From assembly GCA_964106915.2 (NCBI GenBank), contig OZ066925.1: a DNA stretch of 64,000 nt, one strand, 5' to 3'. The DNA is from Podarcis gaigeae (Eukaryota). Of this stretch, positions 49,501 to 63,753 are shown one piece after another. Every line of letters begins with the position of its first letter. The stretch's first letter is position 1. The notes under the pieces are model-generated. The model saw nothing but the letters and a program-made list of their open reading frames with translations, was not told the origin of the DNA and ran no database searches. Position numbers and translations under genes: made by a program.

Positions 49501-52500
49501 TGCCTGTGAATTCCTCCAATTAGCTGTGTGAAAGAACTACTGCTTTGGGGTTATGATGGAAAGCAATAGTGCACATGTGAGTGGTTGCCTAGTAACTGCC
49601 TGCATGATTAATTCCACCCTTGTGTGATTATGCCTCCCCTATCCTGTGGGCATGAAGCAGGCTCTAAACTGCGAAGTCACAGCCAGGGTGGCAACTCGGG
49701 AATGAGGCTTGCTTTTGTTGGCAATTTTTCCCGGGTCACCTTTAGTCTAAAAGTTGCCCTGTACTAATTATTAGCATAGGGAGAAGTTTATATTTCCTGT
49801 ATTTTTCCACCTTTTTATGGCGAGTCTTGGTTTATCTTTGTTTTAACTGGCCATTAGGATATAAAGTGGAGATCAGTGATATGGTGTAAAATGAATTCCT
49901 TTTTCCTTTATATATTCTCCCCATGGAAACTTTTCCATTTATCAAAATGCATTTTTAATACAAATAATGTCTATCATGAATGGAAACTCTATTTGTCAAT
50001 TTGAAGGGTAGTTTCAGACTTGTAATTTTGTTGCTCCAGAAGACTTGCTAAGAAACAAGGTGAGAAATGGACTAGTACTGTATCTGCCCCAGTTGGGAGG
50101 GGAAGGGAGTGGATTTACTTCCACATTTCTTCAGAACAGCTGATGAACCCAATTGCTGCTATTCCAAAATTTCCACCAGGGTAAACTTGGCAGTTTGTTC
50201 CTACCCATTTAACTGTTGAAGCCCTCACCTTAAGTGGCACAGGCAACTTTCTTTCTCTAGCTGTTTGTGTTACCAAAACTACTATTTCCAACAGACTAGA
50301 TGATTTCCAATTCAGTATTCCTCTTACCTGAGTAACATTGGTGAGATTTTTCTTTCTGGCTCTTGACACAATGGATCCCTAATTCGTGGGGGGGGGGGCG
50401 TTTCACATTACTAAGCTGCAGTGTACTTTTGACTTTGTAGACTTTTGGATTAAATTTTGGCCCCCAAGAATTGCCAATATTTAAAATACAGTTTAGAATA
50501 TTTGAAAAGGGATATGTGTAGATTGGGGTAGCCAACATGATGCCCTCCTGTTATTGGGCTATAGCTCCCATCATGCCCGATCATGGAGAGGTTGATGGGA
50601 GTAGTAGTCCAACAGCATATGGAGGGTACCATGTTGGCTATCTTGGGATAGGTAACCAAAGAAGAAACATCTGCATTAAAGTAGTGATCTGTCTTACTGT
50701 GGACTTGCTCCTTGTTTCTACATGGACCCCATTTGGATGATTGGAAACTTATTCACCTAGGCATCTGTATCCCAAATAGGATGCTTCATTGCTGTTTTCA
50801 GCTCTCCCCATTCCCCCAGAAGTCAGTTTAAAATATGCTCTGCAATGTTTTTAATATTATAAGCACCATCCGTCTGTTTCCATCTTTGGTTTCTAGTGAA
50901 GCCCATTCCAGTACAGGGCCAGCTTATCCCAATATGTTGTTCCCTAGTGCCTGACAAATCCAAACCCTTCCAGCAAACACTGCCATTTAATCCATGCAGC
51001 TTTACCTGTCTAGCTGGCCATGCAAGTGGAACAGCTGGGATTTAAAACAAGAGTTTACTTGGAGGGTTTGCATTTAAACTTCCTACCTGCCAGTCTCAAT
51101 TTTGCTTCTCTGGCTGGGCAGGAAAGAAGTGCCTTTGAGCTGAAATCATACTGGCTCTAAAGGGTCGGTTGGGAAAGGAAACGAAGCAGGAGTATAATCC
51201 CAAATGTCTGTGAAAAGGATATGTCGGGCGGGGGAGCATAATTAACTAAAATGACACAGGACCTTCCTTCGAAGAAGGATAAACGTGTTTGTGTAGTTCA
51301 CAGAACCACACATTTCTAGCTACCTTAAGATTTTTTTTAAAAAAATATTGAATAAAATATATATATTGAGAATATAATGTATATTTTGTTTAGCAATAAT
51401 GTTACTTGTAGCTGAGAGATATAACTTGTGTCGTTATATTTCTTAATATAATGTGTCATTTCATGGATAACTCTTCTATTTGTGGCCTGTGTGTGTTTCC
51501 TGATGGGACACAGCTCATATGTTTTAATACGTTATTTAAGAACTGGAAACAAGTAGTTCTAATTCATCTCTAAACAGTGTCCTTATACATCTGTATTAGC
51601 CTGACCAACCTGCCCTGACACTTTAAAGGAGATGTCATTTTAAAAAAACAAAACAAAAAAACCCTTCAGTTTTGGCTTCTTACCACTTGATGGCAGTGAA
51701 GGAGCTAATGTTGCCAGGAAAGGTTCAGGGCAGGATGCTATTATGAATAACAAAATGGGAGGTACAAAGGAAGTTTCTGACACTTTGATATTATTCCCAT
51801 TTCCAGGCGATTTTGCAAGTGACAGTAGTGGAGTAAAAGCCTCTAGATGGAGCTTCAGCACTTCCTAAAGGGGGGAAGAGAGATTGCCAAACCTCCTTCA
51901 GGGGAACGCTACATAGTCTGCTTTTAAAACTTGTATCAAACTTAATTTCTCTTCTTTGTGTATGTAGAATGCATGCTGTAATGATAAAAGCTGTTCGTTC
52001 ACCTAGAAGCTGCGTAGTTAGTCTGCCTTTCAATATAAACTCCTAAGGCGCAGAGCAAAGATAAAACTAACTGAAGGATATGATAAGCAGGAAGAGTACA
52101 TGCAACAGCTAATAAAACCAAGTAGATATGTTGACCAATAAAAAGCTTGTCTAAATAAGCCGGTGTCTAAAGCCTCACCAGGTCATGGGACTGGGGGGTA
52201 ATGAGGGAGAGAGATAAGAGCAAGGTAGGTAGATTCAAGTGGTTAAATGTCCAAATTATAAGGAGAGATGTTGCATTTCTGGAAATACTCAGTAAATTGA
52301 ATTATTGTGGCTCTGACGATCATTTCCATGGAAAATCCAGGGGCATCTTACTACTTTGTAAAAGTTCTGCTCCCTCCCCCTGTATTACTTTGAGGCTCAC
52401 TGCTTTTCTTTTCTTCTTCTGTAACTTGGGGGCCACCACCAAAAGAGCCCTTTCTTTGGTGGCTGTCAACTGGCAGTTTCCACCTATTATCACAGGGTGA

Positions 52501-55304
52501 GAATAGACTCTGGCCTTTTGTACAGTAGGTTATATTCCAACCTCTCAAAAGTCAGAGATTTCTGTTCCCCTCCACCTCTCTCCATCCTACATCTAGCCAT
52601 GAAAGCAAGAAAGAGGTGTCATCCCAGTTCAGTGATGCATTTCAACCTAGCAAAGGGGAGGGGCAGGACTCATGAAGGCTTGTGACTAGAGACTTGGCCT
52701 CGGGAGCCAGAATGGAGGACCTGAGGTTTCCCACTCCTGTTCCATCAAAAGGTGATCTGTGCTAGATCCTGGCGTGGAAAGATACATATGGGGGAAGGTA
52801 TTCCCTCAATATATGACTGTTCTAAACTCAAAACTATGTGTAGTCTCCAATGCACACAATCTGTTTTAGAGCCATTCTTCACAGCTAAAAAATCATCAAA
52901 GTGTGTCGTTAGATAGCTGTCTATTTAATTGATGGTTTTTCCTCCCTGAAATATTTTGTGAGGGAAGGCAATGAAAGGATTCGTCAGTTTAGAAGCTGGT
53001 AGTGACATGGGTTTTGGGGAAAAGTTTCCTATATGAATTAGGGTAATTTTAGGGAAATATTAGGAGTATTAATGGGAACTTTTATCTGATATCCTAGACA
53101 ACGATCTAGTTTAACATGTTTGTTGTACTAAAAGCTTTGAAACTGCACAGCATGCCTAATTCCATTTGACATCCATTCATTGTTACTAACGAACATATGA
53201 TATTGAAAGTTTTTGTGGAAAAATAAAGCACTGGGAAACTTTCAGCTCCACATCCTTGAGTACTGTACTAAAAGGCATTGGGTGAATAAAAGTTGGTGAC
53301 TGCAAGGGAAAATTTGCTTAATGCTTTAGGAAAATGTTAACTCCTTTTGTATTTTTTAAATGTGGGTTTTACCTTTCTACAGTAGATGAGTTTCTTCATA
53401 TCAAGCAAACAAGAAGTGTTATTGGAGTTCAATGGCACAGAGGAAAACAATCAAGGAGGGTTTATCTGGCCTCAGGACACTCCCCATGCCAAACACCTTC
53501 CTGAGCTACACCCCTCAAACAGCAAAATATTTGGGAACACTTGCTAGGTCAGTGATATTAGGTAATGTTGAAGAGTGTGTTAGCATACAGAAGCCCCCAA
53601 GCATTGGCCTTATGTGATATTTGAGAGCCTTTCTGCAGTCTTCCCCACCGTGGTTCCCTCAGGATGTTTTGTGCCATAGCTCCTACCAGACCAAGGCAGG
53701 ATGGCTGGTGGTCAGAGATTATGGGATTATTGTAGTCTCAAACAACTGACAGGCACTAGGTTGGGGAAGGCTGCTCTATTGCAGCAGTAGTCAACTTTGC
53801 ATCCTGATGGTCAGTAAGGCAAGAACGATTGTTACAGTTTTTGACAACAAGAAATAATACTCAGAGAATTATTGAGTTCCATTGGCTTTGCGAGTCTCCA
53901 TGGATGTTGGTCCATGCCAACAAGGGAATTGCACCATCCAGAAGTTTTTATTTATTACTTTATGAAAGATCACAGGGCAGTTTACAACATAAAAATGCAA
54001 AATGGAAACACAAAATACATAACATAACAACAAAGCCCAAAGATGAGACTATGGTAGCTATTACTCCAAGAGTGACATAATGTTTTAGACTGGTGCAAAA
54101 CACTGAAGCAGTCAGTGCAATTTAAACTCATAATTGTAGGTAAAATGCTGTATCAGAATATGAATTCCAGTCATGAAGTGGAGTGCCTCTTCTCTTGCTT
54201 TCTGCACCTGTCTTGCACTAGTCAATTTTATTCCAATGCTCTTTCTAGAAAAGTTGCATTCTTTAAGAAGAGCATGTAACTAATTTTAATTTATAGTGGG
54301 CTTTTGGCTGTTTCCTGGGTTGCCCTGCAGGCTATTTCAGCCCATGTGTAACAACTCTGTGAAAGAAGATCACAATACCACTTGCTTAGCTGATGCTGTA
54401 TAAATTGTCACCCTAAATCAAAACTGCTCAGAGATTTACGACCATGAAATACTTGGTGGTGCTAAATTTAGTGGTGGAATGGGTAGCACTAACTTTGGGG
54501 TGTGTGTGTAATGTGTAACAGAACTGGTTGTGCAAGTATAGAAAGCTAAAACATATAGACTGGTTTTCTGTTTTGTTAAAAAATAATTCAAAGTCATGTA
54601 CGGATTGGAAAACTGATTAAAAGAGCACATAAAAATAAAATCAACAGCAGGAAAACAAGTGGAGCAGCAAAAGATCAAGCAGCAATTATCAGAGCCAGAC
54701 TTTAACAGCCTTGCCAATAATTGGCTGGAAAAGCTTTCCTGGAAAAAATAGATTTTCCTATCTGTCACTGACTTTAGGAAACGGCACTTAGACCTGACAA
54801 GAAATAAGTGACTGTACCCACAGTTAGCCTAATAAAAATGTTGCTGTACTATATGGCTACACTGGTGTTGGTATTTGCTGGCATAACTACAGCCAGTAGA
54901 ATATGGCCAAAATGTGGGTGGAAATTTACATGTTCCCTTTGTAGTGTGAGAGAGAATCAGCCTGCTAAGGTACCAAATAAATCACCCATCAAATGAAAGC
55001 ATGGAGTGTACAGAAGTGTTGCTAACTTTTAAAAAAAGAAATCTGACACTACTTTGAACCACCTAACTCTGTAATTTGGGAAATCTGTGTGGAAATAGGG
55101 AGCTACTGGTACGATTTGTGATGAAGGACCTAGGTGGATGGGTGTTTTTATGAAAAGGAACAAAACATTCATTCTCCTGGCTTGCATAGCCACTTTCTCT
55201 TCTCTATATTATAGATGAACTCTGCTGAACTATAGCTACTATGTTCACTGGTGTGTTTTTTTGTTTTTTAAGTTTAATGAAAGGAGCTTGGGTGTTTGTG
55301 TGAA

Positions 55305-55550
55305 TGCTACTAGAGGCTAGGGGACTGAGCTACAAGTCAGGAAGTCTTCGGTTTGAATCTCATCTTTGCCATTAACTTGCCATATCTTCTTAAGTAAGCC
55401 AAACGTCCTCAGGCTTCAGTCCATTATCAGTCACCCATCTGTGATATGATGAAAACACTGACATCCCTCACAGGGTTTTGTATCATCTGGTTATAATCCT
55501 TACAGGTGAAGCATTGCAAACACTTGAAATATAGAATATTGCCATTATTA
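55305..55550 (+). mobile_element. MIR/CORE-like SINE, degenerate
   Basis: tRNA head with B-box-like GGTTTGAATCTC, CORE-like CATCTGT.A.ATG, CCCTCACAGGGTTTTGT, tail GTGAAGCATTG. Confidence 0.55.
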
Positions 55551-58500
55551 AGGAAGTTATGTGTGTCTGATGCTCCTCCAGGATGATATTTTAGTGCTCT
55601 TCTCCAATGCAGTTCTAAACTGGGACAGTGGTTCTAGTATTTGCATTGCATAGTTGCAGGGCCCACATTCTCATTGGCTATCCCTGGATGTTGTCAGAGA
55701 AACAGGATGGAGTTAAAATGGCTAGTTGGGAGAGAGTAGTTCTTTTTTCGTACATGCCTCTTGGGAAACCATTTATCTTCATCTCTCAGTTATTTGGGAA
55801 ATTCTGCTTGAGTGGAGAAGCCTCCTAGATACTTTTTTTTTTTAAAAAAAAAGAGAGAACAGGCTTGTGTATTTTCTTTCATCAGACTTGGAGGCTTTGT
55901 GAGCCCAGGAGCATCGAGAGATGTGCAAGTGTTCTTGGGTACAGAGGGCCCCATGCTTCGTATCTGGTGAATGTATTATCTGCTTGGACGAAACCTTGAA
56001 ACCCATTCAGTCAATAGATTTGTGCTGTGGGTTTGATGTAATAAAGCAGTTTCCAGGAATTACTTACTTAGTATTCTTACAATGTATGTTTTGCTCATTT
56101 TTCTTTAAATATGTGTTTCCAAAATGCAAGCCATCTTCAGTTATTGCATGTATTGTGTTAAAATGAGGACTGATAGACACATGCCACATTCTGACACACC
56201 CAATTTAGAGAAACAAGAGTTCTGAACTTAAAGGGGAGAAATAACGCTGAGTTGTGAAATGTACAACTTGGTGCTGGCTAAAGGACTCCTGAAAACAATG
56301 TGTGTTTGGCTGTAGAAGACCTGGGACCCAGATGTTGAGCTCAGAGGACATCTGTGCCTGAAGTAAAACAAGATCACAGGCATAGGTAAGACTTAGGTCT
56401 GAGTTCAGTGGTTTGCTAAATACATTCCTGGGATACGCAGAGAGATTGCTAAGAGAGTAGACATGACAATGACTAAAACCTGGCTTGTAGGGGATCCAAA
56501 AGTGATCCAGCATTATGAGGTTGTTAAAGTGAGGGAATAAAAGGGGATTAGGTAAAATCCAAATAGGTGTACTTGGGCATAGGGGAGCAGCTTCAAGAGA
56601 GAAAAGACCCCTGTAATGTAATGGGGAATGTTCTGGTAAGGGGTAGATTGGGCCATGTAAACAAACGAGGAGGACTCATCTGGAAGTTTTACCTTGTGGC
56701 TGGGTCTCTTGAATGGATTTAGCTATCAAGAACATTGACTATGGTGAGTGGCTTCCTGGCGAGTCATACTGCAGGCACTGTTGTTTTGTCTGGTGTGTAG
56801 TGTTGATGGAGGAAGCTTGTATCTCCTGGAGCTGTGGATGCAGCTGCTTTTAGATGCAAAACCTGCATCTGATTACCTTTTGTTTACCAGGCATTTTATC
56901 TTATTGCTATTATTGCAACCTAGGTCCTTGGTGAGTCAGTCTGTGAACTTTCTGGTTCCTCATGACCTTACTGGCAAGAACGTCAAGCACAGAGAAATCT
57001 ACAAGACTGTACATAAGGTCAAGGTGGGGGGGTGTTGTTTCCCATGGTCCTTTGCTTTTGCCAAACCCATCTTTAGTTCACTGTAATTGGAGGTTAACAG
57101 TAAAAGCCTTGTAGCTGTGTGTGTACCAAATATATAGCTATTTGATTATTTTAAATGGTTTCTTATATTGTGTTATAATTCTTGCAACCTGCCCTGGAAC
57201 CCTAGGGTGAAGGATGAGTAACTCATTAGCTAACTAGTATCACCTGTTTGCTGTGAGGCCCTCTTCCATTGGATAGCCTGCTGTGATGTGTAAGAATGTC
57301 CATAAGGTTTCTGAGGAGCAACAGTTAGTCACATGATGTTGACATATAGTGTAGCTGCTGTGAGAAAAGATGTCCCTTCCGAAACCTGAGTGGAAGGAGA
57401 CCCAGAGAAGTGGAATGGCAGATATTCCCGTACAGCAGTTCAGTTTTGGAACTCCTCTATGGCAAGTAGCAATTGGCTTTCCAGGAAGCAGATGGGTGGT
57501 AAATAGCAAGGCTGCTCTAACTGCAGGCAATCATCCCACCTTGACCTGACCCCACCCCACCCCAGTTTTTGGTCAGGAAGGAGGACAGATTAAAAATAGC
57601 TCAGGGAGGCATTGGCCGGAGAGTATAGGTGGGGAAGAGTTGAGCATACTCCCCTGCATTAATCCCCCCCAATCCCACTTAACATTTTGTTGCAGCCGAA
57701 GTCCAATTTATTACCAAAAACATTTGGATGTTAACCACTGCAATGTGTAGAAGTGATTTTAAATTAGTCATAGTGGTGAGAAAGTGTTTGGGTTGTTTGT
57801 TTTGTTTTGTTTTTAAAGCAGGAAAATGACAGCATTGCAAATGGAACATGGAATATCCCCCCCAAAAAATATATATTTATTTTTTATGTAAAACTAGTAA
57901 ATGAAATTAGTCTGCTATGATTAAAACAGATCGATAACATGAAATGCAGGCTTGATCGATGCTCACAGTTAACAGAAACCTATTTTACAACAAAGTCTGG
58001 CTTTGTGTAGCAGCATGCACTTTAATCAGCAACGTGATGAATGCTTGGCCACTTGGAAGGGATGCCGTTTACAAGGGTGGGGAGGAGAGGAAGGATGGAG
58101 AATCAGCAGTAAGTATGTTGATTACAAACCTGAAAGTAAATAACAAAGGTACTTGTGAAATTCCCATTGTCAGCTTAGGCTGAAATACGTAGCAGTCCCC
58201 TCTGTGCCTTGGCAATAGGCTGCTTTATGGAAGTGATGGTGATGCTGAAGATATCAGCCTAGTTCTCACTGATGTGGTAAATCTGTGCTTGGGCTATGCC
58301 ACTTGAAGCTGCAGGTTAGGGGCTCACTTGATTGAATGAACCTACATTCCCTGCCCCCTCCAGATAGAAAACTTGGTATTGGGGGCAGGGGTGGGGGATA
58401 GAGAGAGAGAGCTCACCCTCAGCCCTTCTCATTCACATCTACTTGCCTATTCCGCAAAGATGACATATTGCTTTTTTATGGAGCATTCAATCACAGGAGT

Positions 58501-61472
58501 CCTCACCTGCAGTCTGAAGTGGTAGGGCGCAGACAGATTTACCCTTAGTGAGAAATAGTCCTTAGACGTAACACCAAACCATATCAGAGTTGATTAGAAT
58601 GCTGCCCTTCTGTACGCTTTGGATCAAGCAGTCACCATCACGCTTGCCTTGTACATTATGCCCAGGGGACTGCTGAACTTCTGTGCCTACAGTCCACAGG
58701 GAGAAGCAGCTTCTTAGGGGAAACACATTTCTTGCTATCAGCTCTGGATTAGCTCCAGGATGCCTGTAGATTGAATAAGAACAGTTTTCTTTGAGCATTT
58801 AGCATACAGTCATGGCCATTCATACTGGAAAGAAAGTTCCTCTGGAAGAGAGATTCTAGGTTTTTTTGTTTTTACCATTATTTACTGAAAGACATAAATG
58901 AAATTTAGTGTGGTAGTGGTGGTGGTGTTGTTTAAAACCCCCCCAATAATAATCAAAATCTAGAGCCAAAATCCATCTTTTGTGGTTACTGGAATGACTC
59001 TAAGTTTCAATTTGGCATTTTACATACTTCAAAAAGCAAGATTAGTGGAAACCTCTCCAAGGTCTGGGGTTATATGGAAACAGTTTATATTTGCCTAGAG
59101 TGCAATAATATAATTTAATAAATATGATAATTATTTATTAACAAATAATAGGTAGCAACACAACAATATTCTTACTGTAGAAACCAATTAGCTATTACAG
59201 CATTGACCTAACTTTGAGGCTGGTGTAGACAAATAACTGTTGCCTAAACAAGGCACCATGCTAAACATGAATCTTCACCCTCGCTGCCTTCTCCCTCCTT
59301 CTACATCCTCCCCCACCCCTTAGGGTTTAATCACAATTAAGTGACAGATGCTGAACACAATTTGTCCTAGTCTAATTGACTGCAAAGTCATGGTCAATAT
59401 TGCATTGGCTAACTCAACTCCTCACAGCCATGTCCAAACATAATGAAATTGTGTTAGTGAGACATCTTGCTGAAGCTGGAGGTGGAGGTGCAGATTTCTA
59501 GCCCCCAAATTACTTAATTTACATATATAGCATGTTGGGTTTCTGTGTATAAATAAAGCCACTTTCCCCTTCATACTTGCATTCATAATTGTGTCTCCAG
59601 AGTGAACTAATTTTGCATCTTTTTCTCCTTTGCTGGATCTGAGGAGTAGACTCTTGAGTGAAAAGATGCACAACGTCTAACTTTAATTTTCTTTAGGTGA
59701 TACAGTTTCAATACCACAATAAGAAAAAAGCCCACACTCTTTTGCAAAAACAGGGTGTATTAGAATAATCAGAAAGGATGTTGAAATTAATTATCCTAAA
59801 TATATCCTAAATTCTGTTGTTGTTGTTTTTTTGTCAGTTTCTTGATGAAATCTGATGCATGTTTTATCAGAGTGAAATTCCACCGTGTTTAAAAAGGCTA
59901 CTCCTCAGTAAGTGTGTTGTGGTTTACAGCTGCAAAATAGATTGGGGATTTCAGCAGGTGCTCATATCTTGCCTGTGAAAATGCAAAAATTTTGCCTTGG
60001 TGATGATATCCTGAATCTTGTATAGTTAATAGTCTTTTCCTGCCCGCATCTCCTCCCCATTACTCAAAGCAGTGAAAAGGCCACTTCAAATATCATGCTT
60101 TTTCTACACAAAAAGCCCTTTGGTGTAAGAAAAAGCATGAGGCCTGCGTGGAGACAGTCATGGGTGAGTTCCATGCCTCTGTTTCAAAGCCTCTGTGTTC
60201 TCACAGCACATGTAGCACGCATGTAGCAACACAGAGACGATTCCTCACACATGCAGCACACTCCACCCGATTATTCCTTTCTGGCCTGAAATGTTTTGTG
60301 CTGAATTAGGCTTGTGCTGTAAATCTGTAATGAAAACAGTGCTTTGTGCTGAAGGTTTGACAGGCTAATTACAGTGCTGCTTTAATTGTCTTATTTTTGA
60401 CTTCTTGTAGTTTTAGAACCTCTTCCAGATTTGACCCACAACAATAGTTTGTGCAGATGTAGTTCTAGAGAATGATGTATGGGAGAGGATGCGAAACCGG
60501 CATATATCCCGCTTTATTACTTTAATCCGAGATGAAATATCTCTCTGAAACCAAATCCTCATGCTTAGTTCACTTGACAAGACTTTCACTTTATACCAAA
60601 CAGTTTCTTAGGGGTAGTTAGGGTACGTTTGTTTGAGGCTAGACTATTGTGGTGGTTATGTAAACGCTCAGCATACGTTGCCTTTGACATGTTGGCCCTT
60701 AAACTAGTTGTTTTCAGGGTATATGTAATGATACTTTGTAATTTAGACACAGCTTTGTTCCTCTAGGGAAGAGGTAGGGATTAACTGTAACATTTTTTTT
60801 TTGCCGGGTGTTCTTAGAAACCGAATTTACTTACGCATCTGTGCAATTAATACAAAACACTCGAGCTTCATTTTTAAAATAATAATAATGAAAGTGAACT
60901 GAGATCAGGGCAATGCTATTGTTTGGTTGCACTTCTGCCATTTCCTTCTCATGAAATGCAAGCCGATGCTGCTGTGAGTGAAAGCCCTCTTACGCAGACA
61001 AGCAGAAACAAAGGTTGCTTGAATTCTGCAAGAAATTAATAGAGATGTAATTTTAATATTAAGGGCACCACATTAGCTGAGGCCTTGCTACTTGTAAAAA
61101 TGAGCGTAATAGCTGAAGAAAAAGGGAATATTTTAGAAGATACGCCAATGTATTAATTTTAATTTGTCCTTTTGATCTGTTAATTACCGCTGAAGATTTA
61201 TTGACTAATTTTAAGGAAGCAAGTGTTTGAAAGTTTCTGGCAAATACTATCTTCTTGTAATGAGCACATGGCAGTGAAAGAAGTTAAGAGGAGAGCAAAA
61301 TTAGATTGACTGATTGTTCAGTCATGTGGGCCTGGCTCGCTGCATATCCCGGCTGAAGAATGATTGCTCAAATTACATTGCCTCAGGTCCCCGCACTTGG
61401 TTGGCTGTCTTCTCAGATCTTAACAAGGTTCTGGGAATTCATTTCTGACAAAGTTTGCTTTGTGTTTTTCAG

Positions 61473-61574
61473 GATGCTTCATCGGCAGACATTAGGAAAG
61501 CGTATCGCAAGCTTTCGCTAATATTGCACCCAGATAAGAATAAAGATGAAAATGCGGAAACCCAGTTTAGACAA
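61473..61574 (+). CDS. DNAJC1: DNAJC1 coding exon 2 (J-domain with HPD motif)
   Basis: Acceptor TTTGTGTTTTTCAG|; DASSADIRKAYRKLSLILHPDKNKDENAETQFRQ; donor CAA|GTAAGT; 102 nt, in frame with exon 1. Confidence 0.97.
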
Positions 61575-62348
61575 GTAAGTGATGCATATACAAGCATTAA
61601 AATGTATCATGTGATCATTAAAACCTTGAATAAATATAATGGTGATTGTGGGGTAATATTTTTTGAAATGATTAACCTGGGGAAGTTTGGAAGCTTTTGT
61701 TGCCACTTTACTATGGTCTAAAGCTTTCAACTCCTACAGAAATTTAAAATGGGTAAAAAAAAAGACACCACCATGTGCTGTCAGAAGTTAAACATACTTA
61801 GATAATGGGAATGCTTAGGGTTGGGAACAAGACTTTGTGGACTCCTTGACACTCTTGTGGTTGTTGTTTTAATATAGTGCCACAACCTGCGTGTTTTGCA
61901 TTGCAATGGAAAAACATTTCATCAAACATGTTAATGTTTAATGTGTATAAAATTAAGCTTTACTCTGTGGGTGTATTTTTCAAAGAAGGCCTAATATATG
62001 GTTTTTCAACAGTTGTTCACTTGGAATTTATTTGGAAATTATAATGAATACTAGAGAAACAGTAGAGCATGCTTTGAAAGTTGGATGATGATGATTTGTT
62101 TGTATCACAGAATAATTAAATTGCTACTATCTTGAACAGAAAATTACTGAAAACAGGGAAATATTTAGTTTACACAGAATGACCTGAACTGATTCTTTGA
62201 TTTTAGGAACTGTTATTCATTCTTAGTTTTAAGAGTACAAAAACGCCCAGTATACTTTCAGTATTGTGGCAAAATATTCTAGCTGTTCTGTTCACGGTTG
62301 CTGGTGTGTTGCTGTTTTTAGAAAAATAAAAGTATGCTTTCATTCTAG

Positions 62349-62395
62349 TTGGTGGCCATATATGAGGTTTTAAAGGATGAAGAGAGAAGGCATAG
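62349..62395 (+). CDS. DNAJC1: DNAJC1 coding exon 3 (end of J-domain); not in the ORF track
   Basis: Acceptor GCTTTCATTCTAG|; LVAIYEVLKDEERRH(R); donor AG|GTGAGT; 47 nt. The gene continues beyond the window. Confidence 0.95.
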
Positions 62396-63683
62396 GTGAG
62401 TTTATTTTGTATCTATTTCAAAGCAGAGTTTTTCCCCAGCTAAACTGAGCCAGGTTAGCCAGAATTTTATAGGCTCTCTCATATGTGCTAGGTTCTAGCC
62501 TATGTTGATAAAAGAACCAGGTGACAACTTTATAATTTGTAATATAAATATGAGCTTTTAGACTGCTAACACATGCTTAGTGAAGCAGTTCATTCCCTCT
62601 TAATTGTTAAGCTGATACTCAGATTCTCCAACTATAGAGTAAGACCTGTGGATTTTCACTGTGGCCAGTGCAATCTGATTGTGGGTATTGCTGCTTTGCT
62701 CAAATCCTTTAAGTCTGAAAAGCCATCTTCCATTTTTCAGGATCTCACCAAAAGTTGTGGACTTGGGTTATTTTCTCCATGGTTACTGTTCTCCATGTGC
62801 TGACTTTAACACACACACACTCTCTCTATATATAGATATATATCACACACACCTTTAAAAAACCTAAATGATATGGCAAAAATAGGAATATTTGAAAAGG
62901 CTTTTAATTATTGCATATTATTCAGACACTTTTTTTCTATATCTATGTGAGAACATAATTTTATCAGGCAATTGCTTGTACTTGGTTTGCTTTCCAGAGG
63001 ACTGTTGTATTTTACTTTGGACTTGTGGTTTATTAGGATGCTCACTTTACTGTTAGTGACCCAGATATTTTGGCCAAAGAAAAGAAGGGCTTGCTGCCAG
63101 CAAATGAGTTCTGTTTAAAATATCTCTAGGTTTTCAATTCTCTGAGTAGTGATGCTGAAAGTTCTCCAGGAGGTTCTTGGCATGAGTCCAGGTCTCATAG
63201 TAGAGATTATCTACTTTCAGATAATCCTCTGTGTTGAAAGAGCCATGGAACAGTGTTCAGAGGAGTTTTGGAGATTCTGTGTATGGTTTTTACCCTGCCT
63301 CCCACTGCAGTCTTTCAGCTTGGAGTCATAGATCAAGGAAGTTTAGGAAGTTTAACAATAGGGGGTCAATGTCTGGTGTCAAATGGTTGCAAAAGGTATG
63401 AACTAGTTTAAATGCACCCCCCTACACTTACACACACTTAATTTTTTTGATAGTGTTTATTTTGCATGTTCACTGTTCATGGCTTTCTAGTATTCTAAAT
63501 AACCTGTGTTTTTGTATGGGTTTATTTTTACATCTCCCCAGTACATCTGTGTACTTCCACAACCACACTGACCACTGCCATGAAATTAAATTATTTAGGG
63601 ATTTCACATAATGTGTATATTGGAAATCATTTAATGAAATTATCTCAGAAACGTGTTTAATTGAATTGGTGCAAGCCTTCATC

Positions 63684-63753
63684 GCCTTGTGTAAAATGAG
63701 TTGCTGTAAAATGAGTTGCCTTGTGTAAAATGAGTTGCTGTAAAATGAGTTGC
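63684..63753. repeat. Compound tandem repeat: (19-bp + 15-bp) x2 with core TGTAAAATGAGTTGC
   Basis: Seen directly. Confidence 0.9.

Noticed and set aside
61575-61721. Extension of the exon 2 ORF past FRQ
   Set aside because: Read-through into the intron after a consensus GTAAGT donor; homology resumes at 62349.
63684-63753. CRISPR-like array
   Set aside because: No unique spacers, eukaryotic context, no cas genes.
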